Notes: generated by a model from the sequence alone, not told the origin. DNA of 64,000 nucleotides from Pseudomonadales bacterium (GCA_035458985.1 DATHYR010000041.1:16910-80909), one strand, 5' to 3'. Positions 1-10,428 are shown, numbered from the stretch's first letter. Program-made: numbers and translations.

Positions 1-1218
1 CTGGATACTCGAGAGCTGCATCCTCATCGCTACCATCTTGCTCAGTTGGGCAATGGACGGCGTCAGTTCCTTTATGAGGGTCTACGCGACGTTGAATCTT
101 CACTGCGCGATCTTAATCAGTCCCTCACCTTCTGCTACGGTAAAACCACTGAAGAACTGGCGAGATTGATTCATCAACACGATGTCGGAAGACTGGTGTG
201 TGCGCGACAATTTGGTAGTGATGAACGCCAAGTGCTGAAGCAATTATCCAAGCGCTTTCCCGATTTGGCTATCGAAGAAATCGACAACACCACCCTGTTT
301 TCTCATCAGACGCTGCCTTATGCAGTAGGTGATCTGCCCAATAGTTTTACACCGTTCAGAAAAGTGGCAGAACGCGAGGCCATCGCCCACCCACTCCCAG
401 CACCAGAAACGCTCCCTCTTTCGCCTTGCAACCATGATAATCAACTTGCTTGGTCCATGCTAAAACCTACCACGTCACTCAAGGCGCCAATGTTTATTGG
501 GGGAGCAAAAGCAGCACAGCAGCACCTAGAGGCCTATTTCAGTGGCACATTGCCCCAACACTACAAAGAGGTTCGCAACGCCCTAGACGGGTTCGACAAT
601 AGCTCTAAGTTTTCTGCTTGGTTGAACCAAGGCAGTTTGTCTTCGCGCCGTTTATATCATCGGATTCGGCAGTATGAACGCGATGTGGTCAGCAATGATT
701 CCACGTATTGGCTGTTTTTTGAGCTCCTCTGGCGCGAGTATTTTCAATGGCTAGCACATCAACTTGGCAACCATATATTTCGCTATGGCGGTGTACGTCA
801 ACCACAACGCAATCCGGGCTGCTTCTATCCGGAGCGCTACCGTCGTTGGTGCGCGGGCAATACCCCCTACCCCCTTGTTAATGCGTGCATGAAACAATTG
901 CTACAAACGGGTTATATGTCTAATCGCGGTCGACAAATCGTTGCCAGCTGCTTGATCAATGAGCTCGGTATGGATTGGCGTTACGGTGCCGCATGGTTCG
1001 AGCATCATTTATTGGACTTCAATATTGGCTCCAACTGGGGCAACTGGCAGTACATTGCCGGGGTTGGCGCTGATCCGCGTGGTGGACGTCACTTTAATAT
1101 CAGTAAACAAGCCGCCACCTATGACCCTGAGGGTGTTTTCGTGAACCAATGGTCACCCGAGGCGGTGCAGAGTCAACTCGACTCGATTGGCATCGATGAT
1201 TGGCCCCTTGAGCAATGA
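1..1218 (+). CDS. DASH-type cryptochrome / photolyase-family FAD-binding protein (5' end outside window)
   Basis: Frame 1 is open from nt 1, so the listed ATG at 46 is internal. Motifs [71 protein letters not shown] match the FAD-binding domain of the Cry-DASH subgroup. ATGA overlap with the next gene. Confidence 0.85.
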   Translation: MDTRELHPHRYHLAQLGNGRRQFLYEGLRDVESSLRDLNQSLTFCYGKTTEELARLIHQHDVGRLVCARQFGSDERQVLKQLSKRFPDLAIEEIDNTTLFSHQTLPYAVGDLPNSFTPFRKVAEREAIAHPLPAPETLPLSPCNHDNQLAWSMLKPTTSLKAPMFIGGAKAAQQHLEAYFSGTLPQHYKEVRNALDGFDNSSKFSAWLNQGSLSSRRLYHRIRQYERDVVSNDSTYWLFFELLWREYFQWLAHQLGNHIFRYGGVRQPQRNPGCFYPERYRRWCAGNTPYPLVNACMKQLLQTGYMSNRGRQIVASCLINELGMDWRYGAAWFEHHLLDFNIGSNWGNWQYIAGVGADPRGGRHFNISKQAATYDPEGVFVNQWSPEAVQSQLDSIGIDDWPLEQ

Positions 1219-2675
1219 ACCTCGCGGTCGTCTGGTTTAAGCGTGATCTGCGTCTCCGCGATCACGCCCCTTTGCACGCGGTATCTCAGCGTCGCCAATC
1301 AGCCTTGCTAATCTATATCGTAGAACCCAGTCAGCTTAAGGACCCACACAACGACCTCAGACACTGGCGATTTATCACCCAGTCGCTGCACGATCTTAAT
1401 CAACAACTTCACCCCGTTGGCCAACATGTTCATCTCCTATTTGGCGAGGTTCCTGAGGTTCTTTCGCGCTTGTTGAATCACTATGGCAATTTTACCCTCC
1501 ACAGTTACCAAGAAGTGGGGGTGGGTAGTACCTTCGCGCGCGATAGAGCGGTGCTTTCCTGGTGCCGCCAGCACCAAATTGTGTGGCAAGAGTACCCCTA
1601 CGCGGGCGTCATTCGCGGTTTGCGCCGTCGAGACCATTGGGATACCCATTGGCTAACGGTGATGCGAGCCCCCGTGCAGCACCCAGACATCAGTCAGTTG
1701 ATAGCGCCCTCTGCTCCGCCAGAAGGGTTGCTTTTTTCTCCTCCAACATCATGGCTAGCGCCTAGTGCACAAATGCAGGCGGGGGGTGAACAATGGGCAT
1801 GGAAGACCCTCTCCTCGTTTCGTAAGGGCCGAGGTAAACGCTTTCACCTTGATATCAGTAAACCACTCGCGGCGCGTAAATCCTGCTCTCGCCTATCCCC
1901 GTATTTAGCGTGGGGAAATATTTCAATGCGGGAGACTTATCAATATTTGAGTGCTCTAGCCAATGAAAAAGGCTGGCAACGGGCGATGAACGCCGCCGTA
2001 TCTCGCTTGCATTGGCATTGCCACTTCATACAAAAGTTTGAGAGCGAAGTCCGCATGGAGTTTGAACCGGTTAATCGGGCTTACCGCCATTTCCCGCATC
2101 GTACTGATGACAAGATCAGTACAGATTTGGCGGCTTGGTGCAGCGGCAACACGGGTGTGCCATTGGTCGATGCCTGTATGCGATGTGTTATCGCCACGGG
2201 ATATCTCAACTTTCGGATGCGCGCCATGCTGGTTAGCTTTCTGTGCCATCACCTCAATATCGATTGGCGCTTGGGTGTTCACCATCTTGCGAGGCAATTT
2301 CTCGATTTTGAACCCGGCATTCACTACCCGCAATTTCAAATGCAGGCGGGCGTCACCGGCATCAATACTATCCGTATCTACAACCCCGTTAAACAGGCAC
2401 AAGAACACGACCCCGACGGTAGCTTTATCAAGCAATGGTGCCCGGAGCTGGCACACATTCCGGTTCCGTTACTCTTTGAGCCCTGGCAACTTAGCCCCAT
2501 GGAACGCACCATGTATGGCTTGAGGCTTGGATTCGATTACCCTCATCCCATTATTGATCTAGACCAAGCAGCCGCGGCTGCTAGAGACCGATTGTGGGGC
2601 TTTAGAGCGCAACTCGAGGTAAAGCTTGAGGGACGACGAATCCTTGACCGCCATGTGCGAAAAGCGAGTGCCTAG
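1215..2675 (+). CDS. cryptochrome/photolyase family protein (deoxyribodipyrimidine photolyase-like)
   Basis: N-terminal [16 protein letters not shown] photolyase alpha/beta domain. C-terminal FAD-domain motifs [57 protein letters not shown]. Translationally coupled (ATGA) to the upstream paralog. Confidence 0.85.
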   Translation: MNLAVVWFKRDLRLRDHAPLHAVSQRRQSALLIYIVEPSQLKDPHNDLRHWRFITQSLHDLNQQLHPVGQHVHLLFGEVPEVLSRLLNHYGNFTLHSYQEVGVGSTFARDRAVLSWCRQHQIVWQEYPYAGVIRGLRRRDHWDTHWLTVMRAPVQHPDISQLIAPSAPPEGLLFSPPTSWLAPSAQMQAGGEQWAWKTLSSFRKGRGKRFHLDISKPLAARKSCSRLSPYLAWGNISMRETYQYLSALANEKGWQRAMNAAVSRLHWHCHFIQKFESEVRMEFEPVNRAYRHFPHRTDDKISTDLAAWCSGNTGVPLVDACMRCVIATGYLNFRMRAMLVSFLCHHLNIDWRLGVHHLARQFLDFEPGIHYPQFQMQAGVTGINTIRIYNPVKQAQEHDPDGSFIKQWCPELAHIPVPLLFEPWQLSPMERTMYGLRLGFDYPHPIIDLDQAAAAARDRLWGFRAQLEVKLEGRRILDRHVRKASA

Positions 2676-2833
2676 TGGCTCACAAAAAACCTCACCTTCC
2701 CAGCAAAGTGTGCCTCCATTGTCAGCGCCCGTTTACTTGGCGTAAAAAGTGGGAACGCGATTGGGACAACGTCAAATACTGCTCTGAACGCTGCCGCCGC
2801 AGTAAAAAGGACCCCAGCCATCATGAACAATGA
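2675..2833 (+). CDS. DUF2256 family zinc-ribbon protein (52 aa, not in the ORF track)
   Basis: Hand translation from the GTG at 2675: [52 protein letters not shown]. It carries a CxxC...CxxxC motif and the [13 protein letters not shown] signature I associate with DUF2256. The GTG overlaps the upstream TAG (TAGTG) and the 3' end overlaps the next gene by 11 nt. Confidence 0.7.
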   Translation: MAHKKPHLPSKVCLHCQRPFTWRKKWERDWDNVKYCSERCRRSKKDPSHHEQ

Positions 2834-4379
2834 CTACCATACGCTGCGCTTAATCCTGGGGGATCAACTCAATGCCCACCACAGCTGGTTTCGCCACACC
2901 GATGACGGGGTGCTGTATGTGATTGCCGAGTTGCGTCAAGAAACAGACTATACCCGTCATCACGTGCAGAAAATTACCGCCTTTTTTGCGGCCATGACGC
3001 AATTTGCGCACGCTTTACAACACGCCGGTCATCACGTCCTGCATATGACTTTGGACGATACCGCCCACTATAAAGACCTCCCCGCCTTGCTGCGGGCACT
3101 GATTGATACTTACCACTGCCAGCAGTTTGCTTACCAACGTCCCGATGAATTTCGTTTGTGCGAACAAATGGCTGCCTTTTGTGCGGATCTGAGGATGACA
3201 ACAGAATGTGTCGACAGTGAACATTTCCTGTTGCCATATGAAGACATCAAACGCGAGTTTAAAGCCGATAAACACGTCCGTATGGAGTCATTTTATCGCC
3301 GCATGCGAAAACGCACTCAGTACTTAATGCAAGACGACGAACCTTTGGGAGGGCAATGGAATTACGATGCCGACAATCGCGAGTCCTTCAAGGCCAGCGA
3401 CCTCAGTGACATCCCCGCGCCGCTCGTTTTTGCCACGGATGTCAGCGATATTCTGGCGCGTTTATCACGACACGGTGTCGACCATTTTGGTAGGGCTGAC
3501 GCTCACCTGTTGTGGCCCACTACGCGCCGTCAGTCGTTGCAGTTACTTGAACATTTTTGCCGCCACTGCTTACCACTGTTTGGTAAATACCAGGACGCCA
3601 TGACCCACAAAAGCGAACATGCGTGGAGCTTGTATCACTCAAGGTTGAGCTTTGCTATGAATAGCAAAATGCTCTCCCCAGCCCAAGTGGTTGAAACCGC
3701 GATCGCTGAATACCATGCACGACCACACGCCATAAATCTGGCACAAATCGAGGGATTCGTGCGGCAAATTATTGGTTGGCGGGAGTATGTGCGAGGGATG
3801 TATTGGATCAACATGCCCCATTATGCCAGCCTAAATGCACTTCAGGCCAAGCGACCACTGCCGTCGTGGTACTGGAATGGGGATACCAAGATGGCTTGTT
3901 GCCAGGCGGCTATTCAACAATCTCTCAACACCAGCTATGCGCACCACATTCAGCGCCTGATGGTCACCGGTAACTTTGCGCTTTTAGCCGGTATCGATCC
4001 CGATCAAGTCGACCAATGGTATTTGGGCATTTACATCGACGCCCATGAATGGGTGGAAATGCCTAATACTCGCGGTATGTCATTGTCAGCGGACGGCGGC
4101 CTCATTGCCACGAAACCCTATGCCTCAAGCGGTAACTACATTAATAAAATGAGTGACTACTGCAAGGACTGTTACTACAACGTCAAACAGCGTACTGGAG
4201 AGCGTGCTTGCCCATTCAATGCGCTCTATTGGGATTTTCTTGACCGCCACGCCGAGCGATTTGGGGCCAACCCTCGGATGGCTTTCCCGTATAAAAGCCT
4301 GGCCCGTTTCAGCGATGAAGAACGTCAGGCCATTCGCCAACAAGCCACACAAATACTGCACGACTTAGATAACCTTTGA
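2823..4379 (+). CDS. FeS-BCP / CryB-PhrB-type cryptochrome-photolyase (putative bacterial (6-4) photolyase, COG3046-like)
   Basis: 518 aa. Cys pattern MACC... then [19 protein letters not shown] (C-x2-C-x12-C) reproduces the spacing of the [4Fe-4S] ligands of PhrB/CryB. Also [16 protein letters not shown] and [11 protein letters not shown] motifs. Confidence 0.85.
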   Translation: MNNDYHTLRLILGDQLNAHHSWFRHTDDGVLYVIAELRQETDYTRHHVQKITAFFAAMTQFAHALQHAGHHVLHMTLDDTAHYKDLPALLRALIDTYHCQQFAYQRPDEFRLCEQMAAFCADLRMTTECVDSEHFLLPYEDIKREFKADKHVRMESFYRRMRKRTQYLMQDDEPLGGQWNYDADNRESFKASDLSDIPAPLVFATDVSDILARLSRHGVDHFGRADAHLLWPTTRRQSLQLLEHFCRHCLPLFGKYQDAMTHKSEHAWSLYHSRLSFAMNSKMLSPAQVVETAIAEYHARPHAINLAQIEGFVRQIIGWREYVRGMYWINMPHYASLNALQAKRPLPSWYWNGDTKMACCQAAIQQSLNTSYAHHIQRLMVTGNFALLAGIDPDQVDQWYLGIYIDAHEWVEMPNTRGMSLSADGGLIATKPYASSGNYINKMSDYCKDCYYNVKQRTGERACPFNALYWDFLDRHAERFGANPRMAFPYKSLARFSDEERQAIRQQATQILHDLDNL

Positions 4380-4454
4380 ATACGAATGTAGCGCTTTAGC
4401 CCATGGCGCGGGCTATGGTAACGTAGCGCGATCTTTGACAAGGGACACACCACC

Positions 4455-5987
4455 ATGAACTACGCTGATCAATATGACATTCAACTGAGAGATTGCATGG
4501 CGTCACGGCGTCAAGATTGGCGTATGGGGGCGGTGGTTTATCAAGTGTTGGTCGATCGTTTTGCACCAAGCGCTAATCTAGACGCAAAGCGTGATCTTTA
4601 CCCAGCCCCGAAAACGCTGCACTCCTGGGATGAGCAGCCCCGCATGGGACACTATCTAGACAATGAACAGCTGTGGAGCCATGAAATTCAATTCTGGGGT
4701 GGTGACCTCGCTAGCCTTCGTAGCAAACTACACCACCTACAAACGCTCAATGTCGATGTGCTCTACCTTAATCCGATTCACGTGGGATACACCAACCACA
4801 AGTACGACTCGCTGGATTTTGCAGAGGTGTCACCAGAATTTGGCCGTCGTGATGATGTTCTCCAGTTAGCCGATGCATGCCATCAGTTAGGCATGAAGCT
4901 GGTGTTAGACGGTGTGTTTAACCACATGGGACAAAACGCGCGCATATTCAAAGCCGCGCAGTCCGACATGAATAGCCCCTATCGCGATTGGTTCTATTTT
5001 GGTGATCAATACCAAGGCGGTTATTTGGCCTGGGAAGATGCCCGCAATCTACCCGAGTTAAATTTAGAATCTGAAGAGGTACAGCAGTATATCTATGCCT
5101 CACAGGAATCGGTGGTACAGAAATATTTGCGCGAGGGTGTCGATGGTTGGCGCCTCGATGTCGCCCACGATATTGGCTATCGTTTTTTGAAAGACATCAC
5201 CGAGGCGGCTCATCATGCCAAGGCGGATTCGCTTGTGGTCGGGGAAGCATGGTGCTACCCCAGTCAATGGGTTAGCGCGATGGATGGCCTTATGAACTTT
5301 AGCCTGCGTCAAATTGTCCTCACGCTCAGCCGCGGCGAACTCGACCCCAGGGTGGCTCGGGAGATGCTGGACGACATGCTGAATGACAGCGATTATGAGG
5401 GATTACTCAAGTCTTGGCTGATTCTCGACAACCATGATACGCCGCGGCTCGCCAACATTTTACCTCGCGAGGCTGATCGAAAACTCGCGCAAGTGCTGCA
5501 CTTTACACTGCCTGGCAGCCCAAACATTTACTATGGTTCCGAAGTGGGCATGCGTGGTGGCGATGACCCTGAGATGCGCGGCCCTATGCGTTGGGACTGG
5601 GTCGAAGCGGGTAACGAGGAGCTGACCTGGACTAAACAGCTCATTGCACTTCGCCAGGCCCACGCTGCTCTCAAGATTGGTAATATGCGCACCATGGCTG
5701 CCAAGCAATTGTTTGCTTTTGAACGCTACACCGAACAGGTCGCCGAATCGATGTTCATTGTTATCAACCCGACGGATGACACAGTGCAAGAGATGTTGAT
5801 GTTACGCAATGCAAAATTGATGACTAATCGCGCCATGCAATATGTGTTGACGAATGTTCGTGATAAGACTGAACTTAAGGTGGTCGCTGGCAGTTTACAA
5901 GTCACACTGCCAGCTAAGGGCTTCATGGTATTACGGGCAAATACCTCGGCGACGAATGGTTACACCACCTTTAAACGCGTGGTTTAA
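4455..5987 (+). CDS. GH13 alpha-amylase family glycoside hydrolase (cytoplasmic, neopullulanase/alpha-glucosidase-like)
   Basis: GH13 conserved regions are visible: DGVFNH, GVDGWRLDVAHD, VGEAW, ILDNHDTPR. No signal peptide. Confidence 0.85.
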   Translation: MNYADQYDIQLRDCMASRRQDWRMGAVVYQVLVDRFAPSANLDAKRDLYPAPKTLHSWDEQPRMGHYLDNEQLWSHEIQFWGGDLASLRSKLHHLQTLNVDVLYLNPIHVGYTNHKYDSLDFAEVSPEFGRRDDVLQLADACHQLGMKLVLDGVFNHMGQNARIFKAAQSDMNSPYRDWFYFGDQYQGGYLAWEDARNLPELNLESEEVQQYIYASQESVVQKYLREGVDGWRLDVAHDIGYRFLKDITEAAHHAKADSLVVGEAWCYPSQWVSAMDGLMNFSLRQIVLTLSRGELDPRVAREMLDDMLNDSDYEGLLKSWLILDNHDTPRLANILPREADRKLAQVLHFTLPGSPNIYYGSEVGMRGGDDPEMRGPMRWDWVEAGNEELTWTKQLIALRQAHAALKIGNMRTMAAKQLFAFERYTEQVAESMFIVINPTDDTVQEMLMLRNAKLMTNRAMQYVLTNVRDKTELKVVAGSLQVTLPAKGFMVLRANTSATNGYTTFKRVV

Positions 5988-6856
5988 AACCACTGTTCCC
6001 AAGGTAGACTGACAACCCCCATAAACAGTACCCAGCAGGAGAAGAACACTTTCAACTGTACCGGTGGCATCCATACTGCTAGGCGTTTAGCAATGGTGCC
6101 ACCAATGACCGCGGCAGGCCCAGCAAATAAAATGACATCCCAAACAACGTTGCCTGCCATAGCATGGTAGCTAATACTCGACCATACACTGATAGCTGAT
6201 ACACACACAGCGGCGGCCACTGACATGGTGGCACTAAACCCACGCAACAAAAGATAGAGTGCCAATATTTCTCCCACACCCACGGACAACCATGCCGTAA
6301 TCACACCGCCCAATAAACCAATCAACACGATCATGGCTATATCGAGTCGAGTAAGTTGTAGACGAATATCCAATGCCCCATATCGCATCACACTAAATAA
6401 TAGAGAACTTCCTAATACTAGGGAGAAAACAGCAAAGATGTGTTTGAGTGATCCAGGCGACGCCACACCAAACCCGTTAATAGCGGCCAAGCCCAATACT
6501 GACCCTATGGCGCAAATGAGCGTAATTTGAGAAAAACATGCCCACTCTTCCGGCGGTGTTTGGCTAGAACGCGCATACCGCAGCCAGGCAAATGAGCCCG
6601 CGGTCATACCAAAGCATTGAATAGCAAACGAGGTACCCACCGATTGAGCATCGCTGAATCCCAGCCATTGAAAGGCAGGAATGAAAACAACCCCGCCACC
6701 GGCCCCGGTAGAGTTGGCAAAAATGGCGCCTATTAATCCCATGCCCGTGAACGGCAGGTATTGTTGTAACCAATGCCAATCGCCAGCCATAAACTGATGA
6801 ACCAAGATCACCCATAAGAATAAGGGAAGAAGAAAAACAAGGTAATGCGGTCGCAT
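5984..6856 (-). CDS. TauE/SafE family sulfite-exporter-like membrane protein
   Basis: 290-aa polytopic membrane protein with Gly-rich repeats (NSTGAGGGVVFIP ... GGVITAWLSVGVGEI) typical of DUF81/TauE. Confidence 0.75.
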   Translation of the reverse strand: MRPHYLVFLLPLFLWVILVHQFMAGDWHWLQQYLPFTGMGLIGAIFANSTGAGGGVVFIPAFQWLGFSDAQSVGTSFAIQCFGMTAGSFAWLRYARSSQTPPEEWACFSQITLICAIGSVLGLAAINGFGVASPGSLKHIFAVFSLVLGSSLLFSVMRYGALDIRLQLTRLDIAMIVLIGLLGGVITAWLSVGVGEILALYLLLRGFSATMSVAAAVCVSAISVWSSISYHAMAGNVVWDVILFAGPAAVIGGTIAKRLAVWMPPVQLKVFFSCWVLFMGVVSLPWEQWF

Positions 6857-6900
6857 AGTCGCCCCGAAAAGTTATCGCGGCTATTGTAGGCAGCTAGTCG

Positions 6901-7734
6901 TTATTGTCTAGCCTTTTGCTGGCCGATTTGCGACGGCACATCAAAACGTGCCAGCTTATTATGACGGATCATGGACGAGAGTTCGTCGACATAATCTTGA
7001 CCACGGCTGGAGTATTTAAGCAAGGCGTTTACAAGTTCCATACCGGTTGGAGGTTGTTTAGAGGACCGTTGTTTACTACGCATTAATCGCAGTGACGCAT
7101 AAGCACGGTTGGTATTGAGGTTGTGCATATAGCTTCGGACAGAATCTACTGGGGTATTGAATTTGCGCACCTCATGTGACGCCTCCTCGATACGTGCATT
7201 TGGAACTAGTCCACAACCCTCTCTGAAGCACCATTGGCCAAACAAGTTATTCGCATCCACCGCGAAACGTGAGGTGCCGTAGGCGGATTCATTCGCGGCT
7301 TGCGCTAGTGCAAGCGACGCCGGTATGGTGTCAACACGACGCCACAAGATAGCCAACTGATCTTCAACACTCTCTTCTTCGACACCATATTTCTCGCTCA
7401 TAGCCATTAGCTCCTGTAATTGAGCATTGCTCAAGCCTTGGCTGGAAAGCGCAGCCTTGCGCAGCTGATCTAAGGCAAACCGCTCAGCACGCAATTGACT
7501 GTTGATGTGTCGGATAATAGGAAGCAGATACTGAAAGAAAGCTTCTTTGCGTGCTTTGCCCGCGGGAAATTCAGAAAAATCAGGGAGTGTATCTGCACCC
7601 GGAGGTAAAGCAATAATGGGAGGAGCAACAGGCGCTTCAGGGGTAGACTGAGCAAACAGGCTGTAGGCGCCGCCCCATGTGACAACACCTACTATAACAA
7701 GCACGCCTATAGGGGCTTTCATCAACCAATGCAT
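6901..7734 (-). CDS. Bax-like glucosaminidase domain protein
   Basis: N-terminal membrane anchor. LALAQAANESAYGTSRFAVDANNLFGQWCFREGCGLVP matches the Bax / FlgJ-type N-acetylglucosaminidase domain. Confidence 0.75.
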   Translation of the reverse strand: MHWLMKAPIGVLVIVGVVTWGGAYSLFAQSTPEAPVAPPIIALPPGADTLPDFSEFPAGKARKEAFFQYLLPIIRHINSQLRAERFALDQLRKAALSSQGLSNAQLQELMAMSEKYGVEEESVEDQLAILWRRVDTIPASLALAQAANESAYGTSRFAVDANNLFGQWCFREGCGLVPNARIEEASHEVRKFNTPVDSVRSYMHNLNTNRAYASLRLMRSKQRSSKQPPTGMELVNALLKYSSRGQDYVDELSSMIRHNKLARFDVPSQIGQQKARQ

Positions 7735-7752
7735 CCCATCTCCTGTGGTGCT

Positions 7753-8091
7753 TTACGCCTTCTTCACAAATTCGGATTTTAACTTCATGGCACCAATGCC
7801 ATCGATTTTACAATCGATATCGTGGTCACCCTCGATCAAACGAATATTCTTTACTTTAGTACCTACTTTGACAACAAGCGAAGATCCTTTCACTTTTAAG
7901 TCTTTAATCACTGTTACCGTATCACCCTCTTGAAGAATGTTGCCATTCGCATCCTTATAAATAGGTGCACCATCGCCGTTGGTCTGTTCAGCTTCAAGCC
8001 ATTCATGCGCACACTCAGGACACACTAGCAACGCACCATCGTGGTAGGTAAATTCGGACTGGCATTTGGGACAAGGAGGTAACGCGTTCAT
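7753..8091 (-). CDS. yjdM: zinc-ribbon protein YjdM/PhnA
   Basis: [30 protein letters not shown]-terminal zinc ribbon plus [28 protein letters not shown]-terminal domain. 112 aa. Confidence 0.9.
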   Translation of the reverse strand: MNALPPCPKCQSEFTYHDGALLVCPECAHEWLEAEQTNGDGAPIYKDANGNILQEGDTVTVIKDLKVKGSSLVVKVGTKVKNIRLIEGDHDIDCKIDGIGAMKLKSEFVKKA

Positions 8092-8103
8092 AAAAAATCC
8101 ATA

Positions 8104-8673
8104 TTAAAAAACGGCGACGGAGACGCCAATGAGCCATGTATGTAGGTATTGAGCAAAGCCAAACCATAGAACGCTGGCGAATATTAGCGCCAACACATCG
8201 CGACGATACGACACCGGCAAAGGCGCAGGTAAAGGCCAATCACGCCACAACACAGATAGTACCCAGCCTAAAATAGCGACACACAATATCCACTGATGTA
8301 GATAGGCACTCACACTTAAATGCAAGATAGCCCACAATACAATCGCAAGTAACAGCGGCTGTTTTAGGTAAGAACGTATATGTGTCCCAGGAATCCAACT
8401 CGCGGCCACACCGAGCGCCACCCACCACATGCCATAAGACATCACTGTTCGCCAATAAGGCTCTGGCTGCCACAGCAATACAGGGGCTTGGCGTGCGGCA
8501 ATGAGTCCCCAACCGATCAAAGATAGCGCCATTAGCGTTATCAATGAGTAAACAATGCGAAAAGATAGGACGCCAAATCGGTCTATCAGGCGTGCTCGCA
8601 CATTGGGAAAATGACTACGAAGCGAATGCAACGCAATAAATATGACAAGCCCGATTAAAATGAGCCAATCCAT
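8104..8673 (-). CDS. NnrU family membrane protein
   Basis: Start reassigned to MDWLILIGLVIFIALHSLRS (ATG at 8673), because the longer ORF would run through the arsR-type gene. Five or six TM helices with an NnrU-like HS(L/V)R N-terminus. 5-nt gap to the upstream regulator. Confidence 0.7.
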   Translation of the reverse strand: MDWLILIGLVIFIALHSLRSHFPNVRARLIDRFGVLSFRIVYSLITLMALSLIGWGLIAARQAPVLLWQPEPYWRTVMSYGMWWVALGVAASWIPGTHIRSYLKQPLLLAIVLWAILHLSVSAYLHQWILCVAILGWVLSVLWRDWPLPAPLPVSYRRDVLALIFASVLWFGFAQYLHTWLIGVSVAVF

Positions 8674-8677
8674 GACG

Positions 8678-8989
8678 CTACAAGGTTGAAGGACAATAAA
8701 TACTTTGCAGCACGCCGATGACACGCACTGTCGCATCACCATTGAGGCGGTAGTAGATCGTTTGCGCCACCTTACGTGTGGCCACGAGGTCAGCTTTCCG
8801 CAGCGCCGCAAGATGTTGGGATAACGCAGATTGACTAATGGGTACGGCTTTATTGATATCGCTGACGGTCATTTCACCCCCAGCCAACAAACACAAAATC
8901 ATCAATCGACTTTGATTAGCCATAGACTTAAGAAGCTCAACCGCTTGGGTCGCATGTTCTTGCATTACTTCGGGTGCTAAATCAGCCAT
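8678..8989 (-). CDS. ArsR/SmtB family transcriptional regulator
   Basis: 103 aa. LKSMANQSRLMILCLL..GEMTVSDINKAVPISQSALSQHLAALRKADLV..RK..QTIYYRL is a winged-HTH ArsR signature. Confidence 0.85.
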   Translation of the reverse strand: MADLAPEVMQEHATQAVELLKSMANQSRLMILCLLAGGEMTVSDINKAVPISQSALSQHLAALRKADLVATRKVAQTIYYRLNGDATVRVIGVLQSIYCPSTL

Positions 8990-9002
8990 TGTCTGGATAC
9001 CA

Positions 9003-9022
9003 CTATTTAGAGCTCTGAATAG
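9003..9022. promoter_or_regulatory. 20-bp near-perfect palindrome, candidate ArsR-family operator
   Basis: CTATTTAGAG|CTCTGAATAG has one mismatch to perfect dyad symmetry and lies 14 nt upstream of the arsR-type start codon. Confidence 0.35.
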
Positions 9023-9138
9023 TAGCGAATGCTAATAGACTTTGCAATCTAGGCCTATTAGGCCTTGGTCGCAGTTGTGTGACGGGGACAATAATTGTAA
9101 AGTGGTTGGCTTTGTAACATGACTCAATAAGGATCTCC

Positions 9139-10188
9139 ATGCCACACATTACGGATGATGTGCGCATCAGTGCCATCAAAGAATTGCTGCCACCTGTCGC
9201 ACTCCTAGAGCGTTTCCCCCTCGGCGAGGCCACCGCCGAAATGATCTATCAAACGCGGCAAAATATTCACAACATTTTGCATGGTGAAGATCATCGCTTA
9301 CTAGTGATTATTGGCCCCTGCTCTATTCATGATACCGACGCGGCCATCGACTATGCGCGACGGCTTTTACCCCTGCGTCAAAAATACCGTGATCAGCTGG
9401 AAATTGTGATGCGAGTTTACTTCGAGAAACCGCGAACCACCGTTGGCTGGAAAGGCCTCATCAACGATCCTAATTTAGATGGTTCGTTCCATATTAACGA
9501 TGGCTTGCGCAAAGCGCGTAAATTGTTGCTCGACTTAAATAACCTTGGTATGCCTGCCTCGTCGGAAATGCTCGACATGATTACCCCTCAGTACATCGCT
9601 GATCTGCTGAGCTGGGGAGCGATTGGTGCACGAACAACAGAGTCTCAGGTTCACCGCGAAATGGCTTCCGGCCTGTCTTTCCCAGTGGGCTTCAAGAACG
9701 GCACCGACGGTACTGTCAAAATCGCCATCGATGCCATTGGTGCTGCCATCGCCCCACACCACTTTTTATCGGTTAACAAATACGGCCATTCAGCTATTGT
9801 CTCCACCAGTGGTAATCAGGATTGCCACCTTATTTTACGCGGAGGCAAAAAGCCCAATTACAGTGCAGATGATGTGGCCGAATGCAAAGCAGCGCTTCGT
9901 GAGGCGAAGCTTCCAGAAAAGCTCATGATCGACTTTAGTCACGCCAACAGCAGCAAGCAATTTAAAAAGCAAATGGACGTTTGCGCTGATGTGTCAGCAC
10001 AAATAATCGCGGGCGAAAAAGCCATTTGCGGCGTGATGGTAGAAAGCCATATCAATGAGGGTCGTCAGGACTTAGTCGACGGTGTGGCGGCAAATTATGG
10101 CCAAAGTATCACCGATGCCTGTATCGGATGGGCAGATACTGAAACCCTTCTGGCACAACTCGCCGACGCCGTCGCCCAACGCGTTTAG
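9139..10188 (+). CDS. aroG: 3-deoxy-7-phosphoheptulonate (DAHP) synthase, class I (AroG-like)
   Basis: Near-collinear with remembered E. coli AroG: IKELLPPVALLE, LLVIIGPCSIHD, VMRVYFEKPRTTVGWKGLINDP, GARTTESQVHRE, KQFKKQMDVCADV. The isozyme/feedback specificity is not certain. Confidence 0.88.
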   Translation: MPHITDDVRISAIKELLPPVALLERFPLGEATAEMIYQTRQNIHNILHGEDHRLLVIIGPCSIHDTDAAIDYARRLLPLRQKYRDQLEIVMRVYFEKPRTTVGWKGLINDPNLDGSFHINDGLRKARKLLLDLNNLGMPASSEMLDMITPQYIADLLSWGAIGARTTESQVHREMASGLSFPVGFKNGTDGTVKIAIDAIGAAIAPHHFLSVNKYGHSAIVSTSGNQDCHLILRGGKKPNYSADDVAECKAALREAKLPEKLMIDFSHANSSKQFKKQMDVCADVSAQIIAGEKAICGVMVESHINEGRQDLVDGVAANYGQSITDACIGWADTETLLAQLADAVAQRV

Positions 10189-10210
10189 TCAGCCTACCGC
10201 CTATTTATAA

Positions 10211-10238
10211 AATGGGATCTTTAGATCCCATTTTTTTG
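10211..10238 (+). terminator. Rho-independent terminator after aroG
   Basis: AATGGGATCT-TT-AGATCCCATT hairpin followed by a T-run. Confidence 0.7.
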
Positions 10239-10398
10239 CGATATCCCCTCGTCACAAGAACTGCAGACGTCATCACTAGCAGCGTAAGTAAAGCGGGTAT
10301 TATGAAACATGACGAGATTCAGTGAATGGATTTAATGAAGTGAATAATTGATCAATGTGGGGGCATGATGACGCTAGTGCAACATGGCATGCTTTGAC

Positions 10399-10420
10399 AA
10401 AAAAGGAGGCTTTCGCCTCC
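10399..10420 (-). terminator. Rho-independent terminator after amtB
   Basis: On the minus strand, GGAGGC-GAAA-GCCTCC is followed by TTTTTT, 9 nt after the amtB stop. Confidence 0.65.
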
Positions 10421-10428
10421 CTTTTTGT

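Noticed and set aside
1956-2523. 166-aa (minus) and 161-aa (plus, other frame) ORFs inside the second photolyase gene
   Set aside because: They are shadow ORFs within a CDS that carries clear photolyase motifs along its full length.
8674-8811. Upstream extension of the NnrU ORF (track start 8811)
   Set aside because: The extension overlaps the 3' half of the ArsR-family gene in another frame and encodes Arg/Cys-rich junk. A proper ATG at 8673 starts the first TM helix.
9096-9119. Possible TyrR box upstream of aroG (TGTAAA ... TTTGTAAC)
   Set aside because: The two half-sites are direct rather than inverted repeats and do not fit TGTAAA-N6-TTTACA.
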